DNA of 64,000 nucleotides from Thiohalomonadaceae bacterium (GCA_041678005.1 JBAYOW010000001.1:24809-88808); one strand, 5' to 3'; numbered from the stretch's first letter, positions 19,517-29,910 are shown. The notes: generated from the letters alone by a model not told the origin. Translations and numbers: made by a program.

Positions 19517-20017
19517 TTAATAATTTTCCCAAATACCATCATGGATTTCACCTTCTTCACGCGCCCACACCAATTGGCCAATGGCCTTGAACCTGGCGAC
19601 TGACATCGGGCCTCGTTTGCTACGTTTGCTGTCCTCAACCTCTTCCACAGCGGCAAGGATTGGCTCGCGTTCTGCCTCCCAAATCTCGGATGTCATAAAT
19701 TCTTCATCCATCAACACCAACATCACGCTATCCCAAGGCTGTTCCAGTTTCAGCTGACCCACGCGTTGACCACCCTTGCCTGTATCAAAGATCGCGCGCC
19801 CCTTGATCGGCACCCGCCGCCCCGCGCGCTCGCCACTGCGACCAATCGCGTCATAACCAAGGCCAGGCTCGTTGCAAACCTCCAGATCAAGCAAGCGAGC
19901 GGCATCATATTTGGCAATCTCGCCACTTACGGCCAACGGCTGCCCGGTCATGCGGCGATACTCTGCAGCCAAGCGCCGCGTTTCCGCCATCAATTTATCT
20001 ACCGAATAGACTGCCAC
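19517..20017 (-). CDS. hypothetical protein, possibly a PD-(D/E)xK (restriction-endonuclease-like) fold
   Basis: 166 aa. GTG start with AAGGGG 8 nt upstream. The pattern GEIAKYDAARLLDLEV...GYDAIG...RRVPIKGR...VMLVLMD resembles small E...D...(x)IK nuclease-fold proteins; this is from memory and the family name is uncertain. It ends 11 nt before the helicase start. Confidence 0.5.
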   Translation of the reverse strand: MAVYSVDKLMAETRRLAAEYRRMTGQPLAVSGEIAKYDAARLLDLEVCNEPGLGYDAIGRSGERAGRRVPIKGRAIFDTGKGGQRVGQLKLEQPWDSVMLVLMDEEFMTSEIWEAEREPILAAVEEVEDSKRSKRGPMSVARFKAIGQLVWAREEGEIHDGIWENY

Positions 20018-20073
20018 TGGATCAGCCCCTTTATATTCATAAATTGCACTATCTTACCAGCCCTGGCCTATGA

Positions 20074-21735
20074 ATGGCGCTTGTAGAACCTCATCAATCA
20101 AGGCAACATAAAGCCATGTCCAGCCCCATCATCAAACAACAACAATTGGTGCATAAGCTACTTCAGCAGGCACTTGATGCCGCCGATTACACACCTGATC
20201 ACACGCAACTGCTGGAGACCCACATCTCCTGGATAATGCTGATCGGCGAATATGCCTACAAGATCAAAAAACCACTTGACCTTGGTTTTCTCGACTATTC
20301 CAGTCTGCCGCAGCGACAACATTTCTGCGTCGAAGAAATACGCCTCAATCAACGCACAGCACCACAGATCTATCTTAGTGTCATGCCCATCACTGGCACC
20401 GTTGATAACCCTTATTTCGGCGGCAACGGTCCAATACTTGAATACGCCGTCAAGATGCACCGTTTCCCTGCTGGCCAATTACTCAACGAACTGCTGGCAA
20501 AAGGCCATTTGACATCTCAAATGATCGACACCCTGGCCGTCAATGTGGCCAAATTTCATGACATTGCAGCCGTGAGCGATCCAGACACACCATGGGGCAG
20601 CGTCGAGGCCACATGGCAACCCATGCAGGAAAATTTCGATCAAATAAGACCTTACTTATCCCAGATAGAGCAACAAAACCAGCTTGAACATGTGGCCAAC
20701 TGGGCAAAAAATGAAAAAAAGCGACACACTAATCTGCTCCAACAGCGCCGTGATGGTGGCCATATTCGTGAATGCCACGGCGATCTACATCTGGGCAATA
20801 TCGTCCTGCTGGACGGCGCGCCATGCCTTTTTGATGGCATAGAATTTTCAGACAGTCTACGTTGGCTCGACACCTTGAACGACAGTGCATTTTTGATGAT
20901 GGATCTGCAAGCACGCAAACGTAATGACTATGCCTGGCGTTTTCTCAACGCCTATTTAGAGCATAACGGTGATTACGCCAGTCTGCCGCTGCTATCATGG
21001 TATTTAGGCTATCGGGCAATGGTGCGGGCAAAGGTAGCCGCGATACGAGCCAGCCAGATTGACGATAATGAGACACAGCAACAAAAGCTACAAGGCGAAT
21101 GTGCGTCATATCTACAGTTAGCTCTTTCCTACACAGAACCACCTCGGCCATATCTTGTCATCACCCACGGCCTGTCTGGTTCAGGCAAGACGTACTACAG
21201 CCAACAATTACTCGAGCAATTTGGCCTGATCCGTCTACGCTCTGATGTCGAGCGCAAACGTCTGCATGGACTGACGGCAAAGTCATGCAGTGAGTCAGAA
21301 CTTGATAGCGGGATTTATACCGCCAAGTCCAGTGAGCAGACCTATCAACAACTGGCATTGCTGGCGGAACATATTTTAACAGCAGAGCAACCTGTGCTGC
21401 TCGATGCCACCTTCCTGCAATATGCTCAACGACAATTGATGCGTGACTTGGCCCAACGCCTTGATCTGCCTTTTATCATCATAGACTTTCATGCCAGTGC
21501 AGATGAACTACGCCGTCGCATCATTCAACGCAAGCACCATGGCCAGGATGCCTCAGAGGCCGATCTGGCTGTATTGGCAAAACAAATTGTAAGTCAGGAA
21601 CCAGTGGCTGAAAACGAGCAAGTACACTGTCTGCAGATAGACACCCAGCAAGACAACACCCACGACATGATGATAAGCCAATTCAGAAAATTATTAGCCA
21701 GCATATTTCAGTCTAGCGCAACGCTGATGCAGTAA
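20074..21735 (+). CDS. fusion of an aminoglycoside-phosphotransferase-like kinase domain and a P-loop (AAA_33/zeta-like) kinase domain
   Basis: The N-terminal half has the APH/protein-kinase catalytic loop HGDLHLGNIVL. The C-terminal half has Walker A GLSGSGKT. The real start may be MSSPII at 20116. Confidence 0.75.
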   Translation: MALVEPHQSRQHKAMSSPIIKQQQLVHKLLQQALDAADYTPDHTQLLETHISWIMLIGEYAYKIKKPLDLGFLDYSSLPQRQHFCVEEIRLNQRTAPQIYLSVMPITGTVDNPYFGGNGPILEYAVKMHRFPAGQLLNELLAKGHLTSQMIDTLAVNVAKFHDIAAVSDPDTPWGSVEATWQPMQENFDQIRPYLSQIEQQNQLEHVANWAKNEKKRHTNLLQQRRDGGHIRECHGDLHLGNIVLLDGAPCLFDGIEFSDSLRWLDTLNDSAFLMMDLQARKRNDYAWRFLNAYLEHNGDYASLPLLSWYLGYRAMVRAKVAAIRASQIDDNETQQQKLQGECASYLQLALSYTEPPRPYLVITHGLSGSGKTYYSQQLLEQFGLIRLRSDVERKRLHGLTAKSCSESELDSGIYTAKSSEQTYQQLALLAEHILTAEQPVLLDATFLQYAQRQLMRDLAQRLDLPFIIIDFHASADELRRRIIQRKHHGQDASEADLAVLAKQIVSQEPVAENEQVHCLQIDTQQDNTHDMMISQFRKLLASIFQSSATLMQ

Positions 21736-21742
21736 ATGCAGG

Positions 21743-23515
21743 CTAGATCTTGTATTGCGCCATCATGGCATGTAATTTTGCTGATAATTTAGTCAGCTGC
21801 GCACCAGCAGCACTGATCTCACTGGCATGAGCCGAGGTGCTATTGGCAAGGTCACGCACCGATACAACACTGCGATTGATATCATCGACCACCGCACTTT
21901 GTTCTTCTGTAGCCGTGGCGATCTGGCTGTTCATATCGGAGATTGCGGTCACTGCATCACCTATGCTTACCAGTGACTGCTCTGTCTGCCGCGACTCATC
22001 AACAGCTACATTCGCCTGAATTTGTCCTTGCTGCATAACAGTTACGGCCTGATGAATCCCCTTCTGCAGATTATCAAGCATCGAGCGAATCTCACCCGTA
22101 GAGTCCTGCGTACGACCTGCCAAAGTACGCACCTCATCGGCAACCACAGCAAAGCCACGGCCATTCTCACCAGCACGAGCAGCTTCGATAGCGGCATTAA
22201 GTGCCAATAGATTGGTTTGTTCTGCAATGGCACTTATCAACTCGGTAATGCTGCTGATCTGATCGCTATCCTGCTTGAGACGATTGATCACATTGGCGCT
22301 TTGCTCTACTTCTTCAGCCAGACGATGAATGGTTGCACGCGCAGACCTGACAATCTCGCCACTTTGCCTGCTTTCCTGTGCGGCAATCTGGGCAAACTGC
22401 GCTGCCTGTTGCGTGCTACGCACCACCTCATGCACTGTATCCACCATTTGATTCATGGCCATGGCAATCTGTTCGGTTTCAGTTGCTTGCTGTTGCATGT
22501 GCTGGGCTGTTTGCTGGCCTGTGACAGAAAACTGCTGCGAGGCGGCTGCCAGCTGCGCAGAAGTCTCGATAAACTGCCCAAAAATAGTGCGCAAACGAGC
22601 CTGAAGCAGCTTCATGGCCTGCATCATTTGTCCTACCTCATCATTGTGTTTTACTTCAATACGACGGGTAAGGTTGCCTCCAGCCATTTCTTTGGCTATT
22701 CCGACAATCAATGACATAGGTTCGATTACTGTTCGTTGTAACAGGACACCTGTAACAACCATCACGAGCAAGCCAAACAGACAGATAATGACAATAACAA
22801 GTGTACTATTTTGACCATACACAGCGAGCTCATCTACCAAGATCAAGCCATCTGCCGTGATATGCAATAACTGAATCTTTGCGTTGGCGATCTGACTAGC
22901 CTGTTGCGGATCATCCCGTAACAATTGCTGCACCTCGCTTATCTTCGTGAAATGTTGTTCCAGCAAACCCTGCTGTTGTGCAGAGCTGTAATAACTCACA
23001 AAAGCCGCTGCAATTGCCAGGCTGGCCAGTACCAACAAAATAGCAAACAAGCGCAGCCGCAGGCTGATATCAAAAACACTTCGCTGTTTTGGCAGCCTTG
23101 CCTTGCCGTCCGCTCGCAGCTTGGCGTAAAGTTGTTCTGCGGCCTCGATCTGGGACTTTGATGGACGCGAACGAACTGATTGATAAGCAACAATCTCACC
23201 TTGTTCATGAACCGGCGTAACATAGGCGTCGACCCAATAATAATCGCCATTCTTACAGCGATTTTTCACCACACCACGCCAGCTCTGCCCAAGCTTGACG
23301 GTATCCCACAGATCCTCAAAGGCAGCTGGCGGCATATCTGGATGGCGCACAACATTATGATTTTTACCAACCAACTCTTCTTCACTGAATCCACTGATTT
23401 CGATGAAGTCACGGTTAGCGTAAGTGATAATCCCTTTAAGATTGGTGATCGAAGTGATGGAGATATCACTACCATAGCTACGCTCATGATTGGTGACGGG
23501 CAGGTTTAACTTCAT
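21743..23515 (-). CDS. methyl-accepting chemotaxis protein with N-terminal Aer-type PAS domain
   Basis: The PAS region ([66 protein letters not shown]) closely matches the Aer PAS. It is followed by two TM segments, a HAMP domain and the conserved MCP hairpin ([32 protein letters not shown]). Confidence 0.9.
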   Translation of the reverse strand: MKLNLPVTNHERSYGSDISITSITNLKGIITYANRDFIEISGFSEEELVGKNHNVVRHPDMPPAAFEDLWDTVKLGQSWRGVVKNRCKNGDYYWVDAYVTPVHEQGEIVAYQSVRSRPSKSQIEAAEQLYAKLRADGKARLPKQRSVFDISLRLRLFAILLVLASLAIAAAFVSYYSSAQQQGLLEQHFTKISEVQQLLRDDPQQASQIANAKIQLLHITADGLILVDELAVYGQNSTLVIVIICLFGLLVMVVTGVLLQRTVIEPMSLIVGIAKEMAGGNLTRRIEVKHNDEVGQMMQAMKLLQARLRTIFGQFIETSAQLAAASQQFSVTGQQTAQHMQQQATETEQIAMAMNQMVDTVHEVVRSTQQAAQFAQIAAQESRQSGEIVRSARATIHRLAEEVEQSANVINRLKQDSDQISSITELISAIAEQTNLLALNAAIEAARAGENGRGFAVVADEVRTLAGRTQDSTGEIRSMLDNLQKGIHQAVTVMQQGQIQANVAVDESRQTEQSLVSIGDAVTAISDMNSQIATATEEQSAVVDDINRSVVSVRDLANSTSAHASEISAAGAQLTKLSAKLHAMMAQYKI

Positions 23516-23734
23516 GACTACTCCTGAGCCTTTATTATTCCATGGTCACAGAAACAGCCTGGCCACATAAGATGAGGCCATCATGCTGTACGCGATGGTT
23601 TTAATTATTAGCAAATCATTATCAATGATTTAGCGATGCTGGTGAGACACGCAAAATCAACTGGATACTGTGTCACAAAAACAGACTAATTTCAATAAAT
23701 CTCGAATAACACGGCAGCATAGAAATAATGAGTG

Positions 23735-24661
23735 CTAACGCACGCTAAGCAGCCAGGTGGCAATGCTCCCGCTTAACAAAAAGCCCAGTAAGGCAAAAAC
23801 GACATAACGACGATAGCGTTTAAGCAGCGTTTGTTGAGTCAATACTGAAAGGATAAAAGGACGACTACCATCATCAGGCTGCATCAAAATACTGTGCACT
23901 GCCTTGTGTACACGCCTGGCCTGATCATCCAGGCTCACTTTCCAGGCAGCCTTGCGCACTGCCTCCCATTCTTGAAGATCAATCAGGCCGTCATTGTTAC
24001 GATCAAAGCGGGCATGCAACGTAACTTGATCACGCTTCCACTCAACCAGCAAACGGCGTACATCTTCCTGGGTATTGGGCAATTCCTGTGAACTGCCTAC
24101 TGTGCGGAACTGGCCGATGGCATATAAGGCATCACCAGGATGCATACGCTTTTCTGTATAGCGAAACCTTCCTGAACGTCCCCGTCTTCGCCCACCATGC
24201 CACATCGGCGTTGCACCATACCACACCTCGGTAATGGCAGGAATCACGACGGCGCCTTCTGGGTCTATGATGCAATCACCCGTCTCATCACGAAGCAAAA
24301 AAAGATCATCGCTGGTTACCTGTTGTACGGTTTGCCAACGATCCCGATGTCTGCTGTCAGAAGTTTTTTCTTCTACCTTGTAGCTATACCAGGTGCAAAG
24401 CATGCCCGACAGAGGAGACACTATAGGCGCTCCCTTGAGCAAATAACCGATACCATCCAGCTCCACATAGCCTTGGGCCGCAGAGCGCACCTTGGATGTG
24501 GGGGTATCGTCGATAATATGGTAGCGCTTGAGAAAGCGGAAAATAGCATAGAAGCCAGCAACGCCAAGCGCAATACATAACCCGGTCAAAAACCAAAATT
24601 CACCAGGCTCAAGTTGTTGGACGATCTCTACCCATGCAGGAGGGATAATAGATTCAAACAC
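23735..24661 (-). CDS. GIDE-like (E3-ligase-family fold) membrane protein with a canonical EF-hand loop
   Basis: N-terminal TM, then IDDTPTSKVRSAAQGYVELDG typical of bacterial GIDE-domain proteins. EF-hand loop DRNNDGLIDLQE at nt 23969-24004. C-terminal TM. It starts 4 nt after the lemA stop. Confidence 0.6.
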   Translation of the reverse strand: MFESIIPPAWVEIVQQLEPGEFWFLTGLCIALGVAGFYAIFRFLKRYHIIDDTPTSKVRSAAQGYVELDGIGYLLKGAPIVSPLSGMLCTWYSYKVEEKTSDSRHRDRWQTVQQVTSDDLFLLRDETGDCIIDPEGAVVIPAITEVWYGATPMWHGGRRRGRSGRFRYTEKRMHPGDALYAIGQFRTVGSSQELPNTQEDVRRLLVEWKRDQVTLHARFDRNNDGLIDLQEWEAVRKAAWKVSLDDQARRVHKAVHSILMQPDDGSRPFILSVLTQQTLLKRYRRYVVFALLGFLLSGSIATWLLSVR

Positions 24662-24664
24662 GGC

Positions 24665-25237
24665 TTAACCAAATAGCGCCTTGATATCCACATCCTTTTT
24701 TTCTGTCACGCTAAATTTGAGCAATTGTTTCGCATCAAAGGCAAACATGCGTGCAATTATTATCTCGGGGAATTGCTCAATCCGCACATTGTTAACGTTG
24801 ACAGTTTCATGATAGAACTCACGCCGATCGGCAATGGCATTTTCCAAACCGGAGATACGCTGTTGTAGATGCTGAAAATTCTCATTCGCCTTGAGCTCAG
24901 GGTATGCCTCCGCTACGGCAAATAAATTACCCAAACCCAAACGCAGCTGTGATTCAGCAGGACCCAGCGCGCCCACATCGCCATGCTCCCGCGCCGAATA
25001 AACTGAAGAACGCGCTTGCATCACATTCTCCAGAGTTTCCTGCTCGAATTTCATATATTGTTTACATACCTCGACCAGCTTGGGCAACTCGTCATGACGC
25101 TGCTTGAGCAACACATCAATATTAGACCACGCCTTTGCAACAGCATGTTTTATTGTGACTAAATTGTTATAGATAATAATGGTATAGATGATAAAAACTG
25201 CAATCAGCCCCCAAAAGATAAACTGTCCGATACTCAT
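24665..25237 (-). CDS. lemA: LemA family protein
   Basis: 190 aa. N-terminal TM, then YNNLV...AWSNIDVLLKQRHDELPKLV ... AEAYPELKANENF ... RREFYHETVN, as in LemA. Confidence 0.88.
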   Translation of the reverse strand: MSIGQFIFWGLIAVFIIYTIIIYNNLVTIKHAVAKAWSNIDVLLKQRHDELPKLVEVCKQYMKFEQETLENVMQARSSVYSAREHGDVGALGPAESQLRLGLGNLFAVAEAYPELKANENFQHLQQRISGLENAIADRREFYHETVNVNNVRIEQFPEIIIARMFAFDAKQLLKFSVTEKKDVDIKALFG

Positions 25238-25367
25238 ACAATGCTCCCTGATATATTTTGCACGATGAATCGTGCGATATTTTTGTTAATGAGTTTAATT
25301 CAAGTGATGTGCTTGCCAGCCAATCGACCGCAATAATCAAGTTGGGCAAATCTAACAAGTCTTGCCG

Positions 25368-27500
25368 TCACGACCAATAAAGTAATCCGCCAATCACAGC
25401 TAACAACAAAATAAGGTACCAGACCCATGAATGCCGTTTTTTAGCATATGGATCGCGGATGGATCGTGCCGCACCAGGCGGTAACTTGGCCAAGGCGGTG
25501 AGCGAGGTGCCGAAGGGAATATTGATTCTCGCCTGTATATTGATGGCCCAGCCATTGGCATCAAGCAATGGAGCCAGATTACGCTGGCGCAGCTTCAACC
25601 AGGCGATGAACATGGAAGGCCCAGAGATGGCCAGAATAATAGCTACAAAAACCAAAGGCACCTGCCACCAGGCCAGTAACATCATTCCACCAAGCAGAGC
25701 TGCCAGGGAAGTACCAATAGCACCAATAGCAAGTCCTATTGCAGCAAAAATACCGGCAAATTTTGCAACATCGAATGGAGCAGGTGGTAATGCAGCAAAC
25801 TCACCAGCCTTAGCCATTCCTTCAATGCCAGCAGACATAGAATCGTCTATAGCTTTTGCTTTGGCTTTAGCTATTTTGCCAATCTGTTCACTTATAAAAC
25901 GTGCTGCACGCTTATAAGGATCGCTGAAGGCCTGGCGGATGCTAATCGGATGTACAATGACATTCACTACCATGGCATCCCAATCATTGCCCTTGCGATC
26001 TATAAATAAACCATTACGACCTACAACCAGACCATTGGCGCCACCAGCTGTCATCGCGGCAGCAACCGTTATTTTTTCATTGCCACCACGACGGCGGCAA
26101 TCACAATAGACCAGAAATATCCGGCTCAATGTCGCCAGTGCAGCATGTTTGCTGACATCATTGACCTGGACACACAAATCACAGCTGCGCTGATCCAGAT
26201 ATAAAGTACCCACCTGAAAAATTGCTTTGTGTTGACCACTATAAAAATCAGCGAATGAAATATAATTGCGCAGCAAAACGGCAAGATCGCGCACATAACG
26301 CACCAGCCGCTCTACCTGGCCTAGCGTATCAAACAGTGGCTTGCTGGCCAGATCCATGTCAATCAGAGCTGTAAGTTTTTGTTGAAAGCCACTATTGAGC
26401 AAGTGCTGCGATTGTTCATAATCAAAACGCGCCAGCTCCTCACCAGCCTGCTCTTCAAGCCAGGCTGAATACGGTGCCAGTTTGTCTTGTATATTTCGCC
26501 AATCATCCTCACCAAGCACCGACCTCTCGCCCAGCAAGGGAAGCACTGCGGCAGCATGAAACTGCGCCAAGGCATCTGCCCAGGCCGGATTAATACCTTG
26601 AGTCAGCGGCAATATTGCATCTGCCACCACAGTAGCCAATGGAAAAGTGGCAAGTTCCTCATCTCGAATACTCAACTGCCGGGCAGCCAATAAGGCAAAA
26701 TCCGCCTCGGTGCGGTTCATCGAGCTAATGGCATGCTCATCGTAGCCAGCCAAACGGCAGCGCACAAAAAAGTCATCAACCTTATCGCGCACTGCAGATA
26801 ATGTGGCATAAGCATTCGCCGTCGCATCGCCCAGAGGCAAAATATTATGCTGCTCATGCTGCGCCTTCAGTAGCCAATCAAGACGCGCCTGGGCTGCAGC
26901 AAAAAACTGTGCCAGCTTGTCAGCCGAAACACCCGGCTCGCCACTGCGGTCTGTCTCACCACCAACACAGTCAATGATGTTTTCAACAAGTTCGCGCAAT
27001 TCATCATCTACAACTGACGAAGCAGGCACGATACCATCTCCATTGAAAGGTTGATTAGCTGCTATCTCTTGCATTTGCATTACATCAGCCACTGATATGT
27101 GTGCAGCATCTGACTTGCCTAGACGGCTAAGCGCATACTTGGCTGATGCCAAAATTGACTTGGCATGTTCATGACTATCGTCAATAAGTGACAGCGGCAA
27201 TGCCTGCATACCTTCAATGACTAAATCAAGTTCTTTGAGCAAACCATGACAGAAGTGAATGGCGGCAAGGATCTCTGGCACACGGATACGCCCATCATGA
27301 TCATCATCGATGAGCTGCAAGGTTCGGCTATCAAACTCAAGCCCCTTCACAGGGCAACTAAGTGTCGCCCAGAGCTTTTTATCCAACTGCTCAAGCGCCA
27401 GCAGATCAGCACCATCTCGCAGCAAGACCTGATCAAAATCTCCGGCCCTGAAGAACTGCCATTTATGTAAAACGCCAGAAGAACCCATTGGTGCAGTCAT
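25368..27500 (-). CDS. large hypothetical membrane protein (710 aa) with an N-terminal EF-hand loop
   Basis: Canonical 12-residue EF-hand loop DDDHDGRIRVPE at nt 27273-27308. A soluble region of roughly 590 aa is followed by a hydrophobic block (FAGIFAAIGLAIGAIG...VFVAIILAISGPSMFIAWL) and a terminal TM. I recognise no family. Confidence 0.65.
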   Translation of the reverse strand: MTAPMGSSGVLHKWQFFRAGDFDQVLLRDGADLLALEQLDKKLWATLSCPVKGLEFDSRTLQLIDDDHDGRIRVPEILAAIHFCHGLLKELDLVIEGMQALPLSLIDDSHEHAKSILASAKYALSRLGKSDAAHISVADVMQMQEIAANQPFNGDGIVPASSVVDDELRELVENIIDCVGGETDRSGEPGVSADKLAQFFAAAQARLDWLLKAQHEQHNILPLGDATANAYATLSAVRDKVDDFFVRCRLAGYDEHAISSMNRTEADFALLAARQLSIRDEELATFPLATVVADAILPLTQGINPAWADALAQFHAAAVLPLLGERSVLGEDDWRNIQDKLAPYSAWLEEQAGEELARFDYEQSQHLLNSGFQQKLTALIDMDLASKPLFDTLGQVERLVRYVRDLAVLLRNYISFADFYSGQHKAIFQVGTLYLDQRSCDLCVQVNDVSKHAALATLSRIFLVYCDCRRRGGNEKITVAAAMTAGGANGLVVGRNGLFIDRKGNDWDAMVVNVIVHPISIRQAFSDPYKRAARFISEQIGKIAKAKAKAIDDSMSAGIEGMAKAGEFAALPPAPFDVAKFAGIFAAIGLAIGAIGTSLAALLGGMMLLAWWQVPLVFVAIILAISGPSMFIAWLKLRQRNLAPLLDANGWAINIQARINIPFGTSLTALAKLPPGAARSIRDPYAKKRHSWVWYLILLLAVIGGLLYWS

Positions 27501-27563
27501 AGTATGGGTGGAGTTTATGTTTGCCGGCCTGTTGTATGAACTTAGGGAAGATTTTTGCTTTAT

Positions 27564-28271
27564 TTACTGATGATTCAGCTCAAGCTCAATCCTCTCCAAT
27601 GCGGCCATCGGATTTTCAGCCGCTGTAACTGGCCTGCCGATCACCAGATAATCCGCACCAAGTCGCACTGCATCAGCAGGCGTGGTAATACGCCTTTGAT
27701 CACCTTGTACTGACCACGATGGCCGAATCCCAGGTGTCACCAAACTAAATGAATCACCCAACTGCTTACGCAGCATCATCACTTCTTGTGGCGAACACAC
27801 CACGCCATCCAGACCAGCATCACTAGCCAAGTCTGCCAGTCTGGCAACGTTATCGGCCGGAGTCCCTTGCAAGCCAATTTCACTAATATCCTGCTCACCC
27901 ATGCTCGTCAGGATTGTGACGGCGATCAACAAGGGCGGCTTGCTTACATTGCTCATGGCTGCGCGTGCTGCTTCCAGCATGCGCCGTCCACCCAAGGCAT
28001 GCACATTGACCATCCACACGCCAAGCTCAGCAGCCGCCCTGCATGCTCCCGCTACAGTATTAGGGATATCATGAAACTTGAGATCAAGGAAAATATCGAA
28101 ACCCTGCATACGCAAAGTCTGTACAAGCTGGGGCCCACCATGAGTAAACAGTTCCTTGCCTACCTTAAGGCGACAACGTGATGGATCCAGCTTGGCAACC
28201 AATTCGAGTGCCAGGCGCGGCTCTGCGTAATCAAGTGCAATTATGATGCGTGATCCGGTGTTGTTCTGCAT
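27564..28271 (-). CDS. pyrF: orotidine 5'-phosphate decarboxylase
   Basis: IIALDY..., [12 protein letters not shown] and VIGRPV motifs. Confidence 0.93.
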   Translation of the reverse strand: MQNNTGSRIIIALDYAEPRLALELVAKLDPSRCRLKVGKELFTHGGPQLVQTLRMQGFDIFLDLKFHDIPNTVAGACRAAAELGVWMVNVHALGGRRMLEAARAAMSNVSKPPLLIAVTILTSMGEQDISEIGLQGTPADNVARLADLASDAGLDGVVCSPQEVMMLRKQLGDSFSLVTPGIRPSWSVQGDQRRITTPADAVRLGADYLVIGRPVTAAENPMAALERIELELNHQ

Positions 28272-28274
28272 TGC

Positions 28275-29441
28275 CTACTCGCCTTCAATTACATTCGTCA
28301 TCTTGATAGTTCCCCATTGCTTGCAACCTGGGCATTGCCACTCCAGTGTCTTGCCGCTATAGCCACAATTGGCGCATACATAGGCATGCTGATTAGCCAG
28401 TATGATATCCAGCAATTCCTTCAATACCAGAAATTCATGCTGTGCCTGGCAGGCACCACTAGCAAGCTTTAAGCCAACCAACTGAGCCATGCCACGGACA
28501 GATGGATATGCGCGCAGATGCTCGATCATGAATGAAGATGCGGCCTGTTCACCTTGCTGCTGGCTAATTACATCAGCCAAAGCCAACATAATTGATTGGC
28601 CACCATGACGAGACAACAGTTCGTGCAGATAGTCAATCATCTCCTTGCTGCGGCCTTGCTGCGCAAAAGCCTCCTGCAACAGCGGCAAGGTTTCAGATAG
28701 ATATTCAGGATTTTGTTGTTCTACCCTGCGCAGGATGCGTACTGCAGATTTGTAGGCCTTGCCTTCCAGCTCGATGCGTCCTTCAATCAAGGTGGCGCGT
28801 ATACACTGACGATCCTCCTGCAAGGCACGGCGTAACATACGCAATGCCTCACCACGTTCGCCCAGCATCAAGGCCTGCTCGGCCTGTTCACAAAAAAATT
28901 GCGCGATAACAGTACCAATATTTTCGCCCAATCCTTGCAGCTTTTGGCCTATCGACACCGCCTTTTGCCAGTCCTTTTCCTGCTGATAAATATCCAGCAA
29001 CTGCATCAGTGCCTGGCGTCGATAAAAAGAACTCTCCCGCACCAATTGCTGAAATAAATTTTCAGCACGATCCAATAACCCGGCACGCATATAGTCTATA
29101 CCAAGTTCATACAGGGCATGATCACGTTGCTGTCGATCTAGTGTGGGTCTGGCAATTAGATTCTGGTGTATGCGTATCGCGCGATCAACCTCACCTCGTC
29201 TGCGCAGCAGACTACCGATGGCAAAGTGGGTATCTACCGTTTCGCTGTCCACTTCCAGCATCTCGATAAATACCTCAACCGCCTTGTCAGGCTGTTCTCC
29301 AAGAAGATAATTCAAACCCTTGAAATAATCAGCTGACAAATAAGAGGCCGACTTAGCCGCAGATTTTGCATCACGCCGCCCCAGCAACCAGCCCGATAGA
29401 GCAGCTACTGGCAATAGCAGGAATAGAAGTTCGACACCCAT
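28275..29441 (-). CDS. lapB: lipopolysaccharide assembly protein LapB (YciM)
   Basis: N-terminal TM, TPR repeats, and a C-terminal rubredoxin-like CANCGY...WQCPGCKQWGT. Confidence 0.9.
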   Translation of the reverse strand: MGVELLFLLLPVAALSGWLLGRRDAKSAAKSASYLSADYFKGLNYLLGEQPDKAVEVFIEMLEVDSETVDTHFAIGSLLRRRGEVDRAIRIHQNLIARPTLDRQQRDHALYELGIDYMRAGLLDRAENLFQQLVRESSFYRRQALMQLLDIYQQEKDWQKAVSIGQKLQGLGENIGTVIAQFFCEQAEQALMLGERGEALRMLRRALQEDRQCIRATLIEGRIELEGKAYKSAVRILRRVEQQNPEYLSETLPLLQEAFAQQGRSKEMIDYLHELLSRHGGQSIMLALADVISQQQGEQAASSFMIEHLRAYPSVRGMAQLVGLKLASGACQAQHEFLVLKELLDIILANQHAYVCANCGYSGKTLEWQCPGCKQWGTIKMTNVIEGE

Positions 29442-29447
29442 AAAAAA

Positions 29448-29741
29448 TTAATGACTGTCACGCAAAGGCAGCTGACGCAGATTGCGTATTTCCTGCTCGC
29501 AGGTAGTAAGTTTGCGTTGTAGCCGTGAGTTTTTGTGGCGCTGCGCAAATACCAACATCAGGCTTGCGCCCACACCAATCATGCAACCCAAAGCCAAGGC
29601 AAGAACAACTATTATTGATAGCGGTGCGGTGATAGAATCAAAATAATAATTCAGTGTCACCGAGGCAGAGTTTTGCAAGGCAAAGCTGATACCAATTGCC
29701 AGTAACAACAAGAAAAGAACAAGAATCAAAAGGCGTTTCAT
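29448..29741 (-). CDS. lapA: LapA (YciS) family inner-membrane protein
   Basis: 97 aa with two TM segments. Lies directly upstream of lapB. Confidence 0.8.
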   Translation of the reverse strand: MKRLLILVLFLLLLAIGISFALQNSASVTLNYYFDSITAPLSIIVVLALALGCMIGVGASLMLVFAQRHKNSRLQRKLTTCEQEIRNLRQLPLRDSH

Positions 29742-29910
29742 AGTGTCCTCACATAATGGCCTTATGGCTAACCCGTATATTTCATTTGGGCGTGAGAAAA
29801 AACTCTGATTTTATTGCCCTGACAAGGCCTCACATCAACTCAACAACTTCGCCACAATTGATACGCTTCGTTCCGCTGCATACCCCATCTTTACTAATGA
29901 AACATGCAAG

